The position numbers and the translations under genes are program-made. Under the pieces are notes generated by a model. It made no database searches. It was not told the DNA's origin and saw only the letters and a list, made by a program, of their open reading frames with translations. This document shows positions 19,024-26,734 of a DNA stretch of 64,000 bases, in pieces. The DNA is taken from the IMG/VR virus record IMGVR_UViG_3300009671_000009, positions 64,001 through 128,000 of that record. One strand, 5' to 3'. Numbering within the stretch: position 1 is the first letter of the stretch; every line of letters starts with the position of its first letter. The stretch comes from a virus. Lineage: Duplodnaviria > Caudoviricetes.

Positions 19024-19628
19024 ACTTAGTCCCGATGGTAGTTGAACAGAAAGGTCAAGGAGAACGTGCCTATGATATCTTCTCCAGGTTATTAAAAGAT
19101 CGAATTGTATTTATTAACGGCCCAATCTCTATCCAAATGAGCGACTTAATTGTAGCTCAGTTATTATTTCTTGATTCGGAAGAACAAGGGAAGCCTATTA
19201 ATGTATACATTAACTCCCCAGGCGGGGAGATTGTAGGTGGCATGGCGATTCATGACACAATGAAACTGGTAAAGTCGCCAGTTCATACAACCTGCCTAGG
19301 ACTAGCTGCATCCATGGGCGCATTTCTTTTAGCTTCAGGCGACAAAAGATTTGCAACTCCCAATGCAGAAATAATGATACATCAACCAAGTGGTGGCGCT
19401 GAGGGCCAAGCATCTGACATTCTCATTTCAGCCAAGCACATTCTTCAAAACAAAGAAAAGCTGAACAAACTATTATCAGATTATACAAATCAACCACTTG
19501 GACAAATAGAGCGCGACGTTGAGAGAGACTACTGGTTAACACCAGAGGAAGCAAAAGAGTACGGAATTATCGATGAAATTTTAATTCCTCAACCGAAGAT
19601 AGATTATAGAAAGTTTCAAATAAAATAA
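19020..19628 (+). CDS. clpP: ATP-dependent Clp protease proteolytic subunit
   Basis: [44 protein letters not shown]. Confidence 0.96.
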   Translation: MNLVPMVVEQKGQGERAYDIFSRLLKDRIVFINGPISIQMSDLIVAQLLFLDSEEQGKPINVYINSPGGEIVGGMAIHDTMKLVKSPVHTTCLGLAASMGAFLLASGDKRFATPNAEIMIHQPSGGAEGQASDILISAKHILQNKEKLNKLLSDYTNQPLGQIERDVERDYWLTPEEAKEYGIIDEILIPQPKIDYRKFQIK

Positions 19629-19629
19629 T

Positions 19630-19706
19630 GGGAGCGTAGCCCAGAGGCAGGAGGCAAATGTCTTAGAAGCATTTCAGGGTGAGTTCGAATCTCGCCGCTC
19701 CCACCA
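19630..19706 (+). tRNA. tRNA-Leu(TAG), short variable loop
   Basis: GGGAGCG/CGCTCCC, AATGT-CTTAGAA-GCATT, ACCA end. Confidence 0.88.
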
Positions 19707-19721
19707 TTATATCATCTAAAG

Positions 19722-20408
19722 GTGATTACAACGAGAATAAAATATACAAAAGATATATTAGATAGACTAGCAGCTGAATGTACGTCTATGAGACAACTAT
19801 TAACAAAACTAGGTCTTGCATTCACTGGTGGAAACTACTCTCATCTTAAAAAGAGATTAGCCCATTTCAATGTAGATATATCACATTTTAAAGGACAGTC
19901 TTGGGCTAAAGGATTGCCTGGTAAGAAGGGTAAACCTTCTGATTATTTAATTTACGGTAAGGAAGTAAAGTCATCCAGGATTAAATAATATCTTATAAGA
20001 GACGGATTGAAAGAACACAAATGCGAGTCTTGCAACTTGTCTGATTGGTTAGGCAAACCTATACCTCTAGAACTTCACCACATTGATGGAGATAGAAAAA
20101 ATAATTGTATTGATAATTTACAACTTCTTTGCTTGAATTACCACGGACTGACAAACAATTATTCTGGAAAAGCCAATAAAAAGCCAGTTAAACATTGGGA
20201 GATTGTTATGACCAACCTGGAAACTATCATGCAAAATAAAGGACTCGTAGAGACCGCAGTATTTAAGTATCTTGAAACAGAATACTGTCCTAAAGATTTT
20301 GGACTCATGGGAAACCCGAGTACATGTATGGGAAAATGTATTCCGTGTTGGCTAAAAGCTTTAGAATTAAAAGAATACCCCGAGGATAATTATAAACCAA
20401 AGAGGTGA
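19722..20408 (+). pseudogene. HNH endonuclease interrupted by an in-frame TAA (19986-19988)
   Basis: Two ORFs in the same frame: ...SSRIK*YLIRDGLKEHKCESC...LELHHIDGDRKNN..NLQLLCLNYH. The CxxC motif is also degraded. Confidence 0.75.
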
Positions 20409-21115
20409 CAATCATGCAAGAGCTGAATATAATCATAAGAAATGAGTTCACACCACAAGAAATGGATCTTATACATCATTTGTTTGGCGATGAGCCCGTG
20501 GTTTTTCTTGATGAGAAAGCTGATATGTATGATTGTTTAATCATGCTAGGGGTCTTCCCGTCTAAAGGCGAAGCGCGGAAGAACTGGAAACGTACTGGGA
20601 AAGAAATAACTCCAGGCTACAATGAGTTCCGTGGCATAGGCAAATCAAAGAAGGCCCTCTTTATATGGAATCCAGTAGATACACGAGGTGTGGCGCAATG
20701 AGCACAAAACGTTATAATTGCTGGGACAATCCCGATAACAGACAAACAAAAGTATTGGAAATCTTATCCAAACGTACAGGAGTAGACACTACGACTGTAC
20801 ATAAAGTACTACGAGCTCACCATGACTACTATATGGATGAGATTGAAAGAGTTCTTGGTAATAACAACTACGGAGACGTACATGAAAACAATTGATGTTT
20901 TGCATATCACACCAGAAGAATATCAAAAATATCTTCAAGTAGAGAAAGAACGTGCCGAATATAAATTCTGGCACGATCAACTAAAATATCAGGACGATCA
21001 GTTTATAATTGCGCTTAAGAAAATACACTCCTATGATGGCGACAGTGAAGATGCTCTAAAACTAAAAGAAATTGCCGCAAAAGTTCTGTGGGATACTATA
21101 TGGGGTTTATACTAA
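20405..21115 (+). CDS. Three small hypothetical ORFs
   Basis: Overlapping start/stop packing (20405-20701, ~20698-20895, ~20882-21115). Confidence 0.5.
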
Positions 21116-21231
21116 GGAGAATGCGATAATGTTCTGGATAGGTTTAGTTATAGGAATTATAGTCGCTCTGTTGGCAGTTGCAATTGTCATTGTTAAGGCA
21201 TTCAGTGGCAGTATAAGATGGTAACATATAT

Positions 21232-21386
21232 GGGAGTATAGCAGAACGGCATATGCGCCAGCTTGAGATGCCCTGGACTACTTCGGTCTACTTACAGAAG
21301 AAGATAGGCATTCGGCTTTGAATGATGTTGTGGCCACCGCAAATCTCTATTCTAAACTAATAGATCTAAGCTTAGGAGAAACATGA
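21232..21386 (+). pseudogene. 5' half of a tRNA-Leu(GAG) fused to the 3' fragment of a DEDDh exonuclease gene (deletion scar)
   Basis: GGGAGTA-TA-GCAG..TGC-G-CCAGC-TTGAGAT-GC, then the frame ALDYFGLLTEEDRHSALNDVVATANLYSKL..* (HxAxxD ExoIII motif). Confidence 0.65.
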
Positions 21387-21483
21387 GTATAGCATTATTA
21401 AAAATAATAGGTATATCAACTATGACACTTGGAGTCATACTATTAGTAATCGGCGCAATAAAATTAAGCAAGGTGTAATAAGA

Positions 21484-21570
21484 CGGGTAGTGGTGGAATT
21501 GGCAGACTCGCAGCGTTGAGGGCGCTGTGTTCGCAAGGACGTGTGGGTTCAAGTCCCACCTACCCGACCA
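21484..21570 (+). tRNA. tRNA-Leu(GAG)
   Basis: CGGGTAG/CTACCCG, CAGCG-TTGAGGG-CGCTG, long variable arm, ACCA end. Confidence 0.93.
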
Positions 21571-21605
21571 TATAAAAGTTTAGGAGCAAACTCCTAATTA
21601 AATCA

Positions 21606-21714
21606 GAGGAGGAGAATGCCATGAAATTGTAGATTGGCTATACTTAGGTATGTAGACCACCTCCCTAGTGATTTTAATTTGCTGTGTTAAACAAAAAATT
21701 AAAACTAAAGGGAG
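21606..21714 (+). promoter_or_regulatory. Leader peptide with two internal amber codons (MKL*IGYT*VCRPPP*) plus an SD-sequestering hairpin
   Basis: GAGGAGGAG SD, ATG 21621, TAG at codons 4, 9 and 16, then TGA. CTCCC-TAG-tga-TTTTAATTT pairs with AAATTAAAA-CTA-aa-GGGAG, the SD of the ORF at 21724. Confidence 0.75.
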
Positions 21715-21723
21715 AAATGAATT

Positions 21724-22065
21724 ATGTCTATAAAGAAAGAATTCAAAAACTACGTATCTGAACAAATTAAGTCAAACAATTCCTGGTTCGTTAGAGCCAA
21801 TGCTGCCCGCATCGAATCGATGTGTCGGGCTGCGATCAATAGATCATCCTATGGATTTCATTGTGATGACAAACAAGGTCAACCTTCAAACTATCTTGTA
21901 AAAGAAGGCAAGGTTATCTTCATTGAACAAAAGCCAAACACAGAGATTGGTGATGGATGCTGCCACCCGCTCTATCGCTCAATCTTCAACAGAGCTAATG
22001 ACATCATTACTGATGCCAAGAAAAGCTTTGTACCTTCTATGGCTTCGGAGGTAATCAACCAATGA
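21724..22065 (+). CDS. Hypothetical protein, first gene after the amber leader
   Basis: AGGGAG SD; stop overlaps the next start (ATGA). Confidence 0.8.
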   Translation: MSIKKEFKNYVSEQIKSNNSWFVRANAARIESMCRAAINRSSYGFHCDDKQGQPSNYLVKEGKVIFIEQKPNTEIGDGCCHPLYRSIFNRANDIITDAKKSFVPSMASEVINQ

Positions 22066-22343
22066 AGTTATATGTACTAATCGATGAGCAGTATGATGCC
22101 AGCTATCGTGCAGTACAGGGTGCCCATGCGGTTGCGGAGTATTTGCTCCGCAATCCTGGGTCTTCCTGGCAAAATCACACACTGGTTTTTCTAAAGACTC
22201 CGTGTCTTGAAAGATGGACAGATCGTCTTCGTGAAAGCGATAAAGATTTTACATCGTTTGTAGAGCCAGATGTTGGTTACAAAATTACCGCCATCGCTTG
22301 TCTTGATGACGGGTAGATTTTTAGAAAGGTAAAACTAAATTAA
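22062..22343 (+). CDS. Short Pth2-like protein; TAG at 22314-22316 possibly read through to TAA 22343
   Basis: LYVLI...RAVQGAHAVAE...W.N.TLVFL...FVEPDVG.KITAIAC. After the TAG the frame continues IFRKVKLN, resembling a Pth2 C-terminus. Confidence 0.7.
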
Positions 22344-22512
22344 TGTCAGGACACTGGATAACATTAAGAAAACATCATAAAACATATCTAAGTAGCGAAA
22401 AAGATTATATATCTCCATTAATAGGAGTGATATTTGTAGCACTTATCTTGATCTTGCCATTCGTCATGGCAACATTTTTAGGTAAGTAACACGATTAATG
22501 TGATACAGTTTA

Positions 22513-22712
22513 TGGCGGCGGCGTGGATTGGACACGCAAGGAGAACAGCCCGAATTCCCCTGTGGTCAAGACTGTCAACTCCTAAAAGACGATGGCTACC
22601 TAGCCCGTAAGGGGGCTGCAATCAGCTTAATAGCGTTGATCACTACGTAATGTGGGCAAACTCGTCAATAAAAGGTTGGAATCCCTTAGCCAGAATCGAA
22701 GCTGACCCGCCA
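22513..22712 (+). ncRNA. tRNA-like RNA with greatly expanded anticodon domain (~200 nt)
   Basis: Closing stem TGGCGG/CCGCCA, D-like arm GCGTG-GATTGGA-CACGC, AAGG/CCTT stem, T-like arm GCCAG-AATCGAAG-CTGAC. Confidence 0.55.
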
Positions 22713-22737
22713 ATATTTATATTATGGAGGAAAGTAA

Positions 22738-22989
22738 ATGGTTATCTTAGGAAGTAAAGTGAAAGACACACTAACTGGATTCTCTGGTATTGCAACAGCA
22801 AGAACAGAGTGGCTCTATGGGTGTGCTAGAATTTCAATCGAGCCGACTGAGCTAAAAGACGGTAAACCCATCGAAGCCCAATGGTTTGATGAACAGCGCG
22901 TTGAGGTAATTAAAGAATTGGCTCCGACTGTCAGCAAAGATAGTAGCGCTACCAGTGGTGGGCCACAAAGAGATCCTCATTACCGATAA
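22738..22989 (+). CDS. Conserved-looking small phage protein
   Basis: GGAGG SD; LGSKVKD.LTGFSG.ATARTEWLYGC....P..GGP. Confidence 0.75.
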   Translation: MVILGSKVKDTLTGFSGIATARTEWLYGCARISIEPTELKDGKPIEAQWFDEQRVEVIKELAPTVSKDSSATSGGPQRDPHYR

Positions 22990-22998
22990 CAAAAAGGA

Positions 22999-23598
22999 GT
23001 GATTGAAATGGGCGAGATGGCTGATTATTATTTATCAAGTGAAGATGAAAGTATCTACGATGAGCCTCCATATGCTGGTTCGTCAGGCCCTTGCCCAAGA
23101 GATCCCTCGCGGTCATTCCCTTTCTCTACCAGAGAAGAGCCTAGTCGTGCAAAACCAGATCCTCTGGCGCTGTTAAAACAATTAAGACCTATTGTTGTAG
23201 AATCTATAGACTACGCCCAACGTGAGGGTGGCAGTACAGCATACGAAGAGATGTTGTTAAAACAAATAGATACACTGATTCCAAGAAAGGAAGAAACCTT
23301 TCACTGTCCATGTGATTTCACAAAGAGGACAAAGCCCACTGGGGTAAGTGACAAGCAACGGTACGCCATCGAGGTAATTGAAGAGATTACTGGAGATGAA
23401 TTTGAAGGCACTACAAGCAAGGAAGCATGGCTCTTTATTAAAAAACACGAAGGAGCCTATACAGCATATAAAAAGAATAAGAAGTCACCAAGCTGTCGTC
23501 TGAATCGAGTGAGCACATTCGATATTGCAGAAGATCCTAGTGACGATGGTTGTTTTAATGATTACAACGATGATTATCATTTTGATGATATCTTTTAA
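22999..23598 (+). CDS. Hypothetical protein
   Basis: AAGGAG SD; MGEMADY start motif. Confidence 0.65.
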   Translation: MIEMGEMADYYLSSEDESIYDEPPYAGSSGPCPRDPSRSFPFSTREEPSRAKPDPLALLKQLRPIVVESIDYAQREGGSTAYEEMLLKQIDTLIPRKEETFHCPCDFTKRTKPTGVSDKQRYAIEVIEEITGDEFEGTTSKEAWLFIKKHEGAYTAYKKNKKSPSCRLNRVSTFDIAEDPSDDGCFNDYNDDYHFDDIF

Positions 23599-23673
23599 GG
23601 TCAAGTAGTTCAGTGGTAGAACGGAAGCCTCTAAAACTTCATGTCGTGGGTTCAATCCCCACCTTGACCACCA
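23599..23673 (+). tRNA. Amber suppressor tRNA (anticodon CTA)
   Basis: GGTCAAG TA GTTC AGTGGTA GAAC G GAAGC CTCTAAA ACTTC ATGTC GTGGG TTCAATC CCCAC CTTGACC A CCA. Anticodon at 23631-23633; C31-A39 mismatch. Confidence 0.9.
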
Positions 23674-23679
23674 AAACAT

Positions 23680-23713
23680 GTCAGAGTAGCTCAGTCGGTA
23701 AGAGCGGCAGACT
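23680..23713 (+). pseudogene. 5' half of a tRNA truncated at the anticodon loop
   Basis: GTCAGAG TA GCTC AGTCGGTAA GAGC G GCAGA CT abuts the stop of the opposite-strand HNH gene. Confidence 0.7.
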
Positions 23714-24302
23714 AGTTCAGTTGAAATATTCCATTGTCGTATTCCCAGTGACAATTAGGACATAGTGCCATTAAATTGTTTATATCGTTTATTTCAACAA
23801 TTAGAGCATCGTTACTGAATAAAGATACAGGTTTAATATGACATACTTCAGCGAAATGTGAGTAGCCGCATCTTATACACACTAAAGGCTTGCCGCTTGC
23901 TTTATATATTCTATATGCATGTGCTCTAATTATCTTTCTAGCCCGTTCGTATTTGTGTTTATTTAGCATATCGCCTTTTGTTCTATACGGCATTGTGCTA
24001 TGCAACAAACAATCGTCACACTTTTTGTATTTATATGTTCCAGAGTATTGTATTTCTTTACTACAAGTACTACAATATTTTTTAACTTTGTTTCTTGATA
24101 CCCCAGCGTTATTAAAAGACGCAGCACAACTCTGAGAACAAAAATTTTTTCTCTTTACTGCAGCAAGTTTTTGACCTTCCTTTGGTATCATAGGTTTACC
24201 ACAGTTTTTACACAATTTGGGATTTTGCAGGTAAGCGTCTCTTATCTTCTTTGCTTTAGCTTTACCTCCAAAATGCCCACTTTTAGATTTTCCTATTAAC
24301 AT
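23712..24302 (-). CDS. Zn-finger HNH homing endonuclease, inverted relative to its neighbours
   Basis: CKNCG..FCSQSC, CIRCG...EVCHIKP...NDINNLMALCPNCH. GAGGTG SD lies 6 nt before ATG 24302. Confidence 0.88.
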   Translation of the reverse strand: MLIGKSKSGHFGGKAKAKKIRDAYLQNPKLCKNCGKPMIPKEGQKLAAVKRKNFCSQSCAASFNNAGVSRNKVKKYCSTCSKEIQYSGTYKYKKCDDCLLHSTMPYRTKGDMLNKHKYERARKIIRAHAYRIYKASGKPLVCIRCGYSHFAEVCHIKPVSLFSNDALIVEINDINNLMALCPNCHWEYDNGIFQLN

Positions 24303-24399
24303 TATAACCACCTCACTGTTATTATATGGTGGTTACTTGAACATGATAGTCAAAATATCAAATAATGTTTCAAGACGATGTTCTATTAAATAGTTAAAT

Positions 24400-24656
24400 A
24401 GCTTGGGTGGCGGAATAAATAGCTAGGCGCATGCGTGCAAATAGCTAGGCTTGTAATGCCAGTAGACGCTTAAACGGTAGACAGGATAGGGGAAGTTGCC
24501 CTCTAATTAGGTGGGAGCGTGGTGCAAGCTCCATAATTGCCGAGAAACGATAACCGTGCGCTTTTGAGTACCACACACTCCTCGCAAGAGTAGCAGCATA
24601 GTAGCTTGCACGGTTGAAATGCCTGTCATGTGAGGTGAAAATCCTCACCCCAAGCT
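24400..24656 (+). ncRNA. tRNA-like RNA with expanded D-loop and anticodon domain (~255 nt)
   Basis: AGCTTGGG/CCCAAGCT acceptor-like stem, TG-GCGGAAT...GTAGACGC D-arm ends, GACAGG/CCTGTC stem, GTGAGG-TGAAAAT-CCTCAC T-like arm. Confidence 0.65.
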
Positions 24657-24664
24657 TATAATTT

Positions 24665-24759
24665 TGCTGGCAAAACACACAAAGGGAGCGGTTAGCTATA
24701 GTAGACCACAAAGTGCCGCGGTGATGATGGAACCCTAAAGAGCAAGCCGTGGGCCAGCA
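24665..24759 (+). ncRNA. Candidate small structured RNA (~95 nt)
   Basis: TGCTGGC/GCCAGCA closing stem, CCGCGGT/GCCGTGG inner stem, followed by a T-tract. Confidence 0.4.
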
Positions 24760-25175
24760 TTTCTTTTTTTAAAGGTGATTTATTTGAATCTTAAACCAGA
24801 CATAAACTTTCTGTTTGATGTAGATGATGTGGAATCGCTTAGAAATCTGTATGATGATCTTGTAGATGATCTTAGCAATCTATATCGTCCTATAGGAAGT
24901 GACTGGGCTAAAGACAAAAATAAAAGGCTATGGGATATCATTCATCCCTACTTGGTGATTCGTGGATACAAATATTCAATAGAAAACAAGGTGTGCCAAA
25001 TATACAAGAAGTTATACGAAACTAACTCTATATAAAGAGAGGGTATTACAATGAACGAACTTATAAATACAGTAGTAGCAAGCGTTCTAGGAGGACTTTG
25101 TTTTGTAATACTATTAAAGCTTATCGATTGGGCTGAAGTTTTTGTATGCTGGGCTCGTCATAAGTTACATAAAGA

Positions 25176-26411
25176 TTGAGGGTGATTAAAATTCCTGGTG
25201 TAAGCGTAAAAGATTTTTTAATTGATATTCCTGCTGTTCAAGCAACTACCAAAAGAAGAGCCGCTCCGAAGAAAGATCCAGAGTACTCGTTAGTGCTGCA
25301 GAACAACACTGACTTTGTAATAAATAGAAAAACCAAAACAACCGATAGAACCTTAGCTTACTTAATAAGCCAAGGCTTATTTTATGTCCGAGATAATAAA
25401 ACTCAGAAGGTAGAACCGTTATCGCTGAGGAACTATAAAATGTTCTTCGCTCCTGTATATGATCATCAGTTAAGTTATCTAACAGAAGTTAAGTGGTGGA
25501 GTCACTCGCCCCGCCGAATGGAGTCCAAAGCAATAAAGATCATCGGCGATCAATCTATGCAGAAGATGTACCAGCACGGGCTATACGTTGAAAGCCATCA
25601 AGCAGCTAATTGGAAAGAAAACTTTGAGAACAACACAAAACTGTTTCAATATTGTTACGATGTATGTAATAAGTCTGATGTTAACAGATTCGAATTTGAG
25701 AACATTATGGCTTTTGCAACCAAGATTGAACAGAAAATCAACTTCAATAATGCAAAGCATTTTATAGATTCAGTAGGAGAATCCTCAATTAGGTTTAGCC
25801 TAGGAACTGTATACTACCGTGACGACCAGAAGAACTTAATTGGAGCCATAGATACATATAACCTTGACTTCAGCAGATGTATTGAATATTTACTCTTTGA
25901 TCTGTACACTCAAGGTATCTTGATACTGAACACTGCTGTTCTCAATGACTACATTGATTATCTGAGGATGCAAAACAACATGTACGGCAAGATTAAAGAT
26001 AAGTATCCAGCCTATCTTAAGACCGAACATGATATTATGGCCCTAAAGATATCGACGTATGAGAAACATAAGAAGGATTTGTTGGTGTTTAACAATTCAG
26101 ATCTATTCAAGAACCTTGAATACAAGAAGGGCGACTATTGCATTTTACTTCCAAAAACATCTGCTGACATAGTCGATGAAGGAGTAAACCAAAGTCATTG
26201 TGTTGCTTCATATGTTGATAAAGTGGCCCGCGGTGAAACTCTAATTGTTTTCTTGAGAAATAAAGAGACACCAGATAAATCGTTAGTTACCATTGAGGTC
26301 AAGGATGACGGGATCACACAAGCCCGAGGGTTTGCAAATCGTGGGGTTAACGAAGAAGAGGATAAATTCATTACAGAGTGGGCGAAAGAGAAGTCTCTAG
26401 CCTACAAGTAG
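25176..26411 (+). CDS. PcfJ-like domain protein
   Basis: C-terminal YPAYLKTEHD...LPKTSADIVDEG..QSHCVASY...IVFLR....P..SLVTIEV...QARG..N. Confidence 0.8.
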   Translation: MRVIKIPGVSVKDFLIDIPAVQATTKRRAAPKKDPEYSLVLQNNTDFVINRKTKTTDRTLAYLISQGLFYVRDNKTQKVEPLSLRNYKMFFAPVYDHQLSYLTEVKWWSHSPRRMESKAIKIIGDQSMQKMYQHGLYVESHQAANWKENFENNTKLFQYCYDVCNKSDVNRFEFENIMAFATKIEQKINFNNAKHFIDSVGESSIRFSLGTVYYRDDQKNLIGAIDTYNLDFSRCIEYLLFDLYTQGILILNTAVLNDYIDYLRMQNNMYGKIKDKYPAYLKTEHDIMALKISTYEKHKKDLLVFNNSDLFKNLEYKKGDYCILLPKTSADIVDEGVNQSHCVASYVDKVARGETLIVFLRNKETPDKSLVTIEVKDDGITQARGFANRGVNEEEDKFITEWAKEKSLAYK

Positions 26412-26640
26412 GAGGTCTTGTTGTTGTATAAAGTAAACACAATCATTATTGACTCATCAGCCGACGTGCGTGGGCTAGCTGAGCTACACCTTGACACTCT
26501 TCCAGAGTTAAATGCCCAATTATTCTTGTGGTGCTTTCCTCAGTTCAGGGGATTTGTACCAGAAGAAACAGAATACGTAACAGCAATTGCGATAGTTGAG
26601 TTGACACCAACAGCGGCTATCATGCTAGTTTTGGTATAAA

Positions 26641-26715
26641 GCGCTATAGCCTAGCGGAACAGGCACTGGTTTACGGAACCAGCAACGGCGGGTTCGAATC
26701 CTCCTAGGCGCTCCA
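26641..26715 (+). tRNA. tRNA-Arg(ACG), acceptor stem one base short
   Basis: CTGGT-TTACGGA-ACCAG, GGTTCGAATCC, CCA end. 5' GCGCTA versus 3' TAGGCGC leaves a bulge. Confidence 0.78.
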
Positions 26716-26734
26716 TTATATAAGGAGAAAATAC

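Noticed and set aside
19986-19988. Programmed readthrough in the HNH gene
   Set aside because: The stop is TAA, which tRNA(CUA) does not decode, and the Zn-binding CxxC is also mutated, so decay is more likely.
23680-24656. Single intron-split tRNA spanning the HNH gene
   Set aside because: The downstream T-arm and acceptor (CCCAAGC) pair with 24401, not with GTCAGAG. No matching 3' half or group I core was found.
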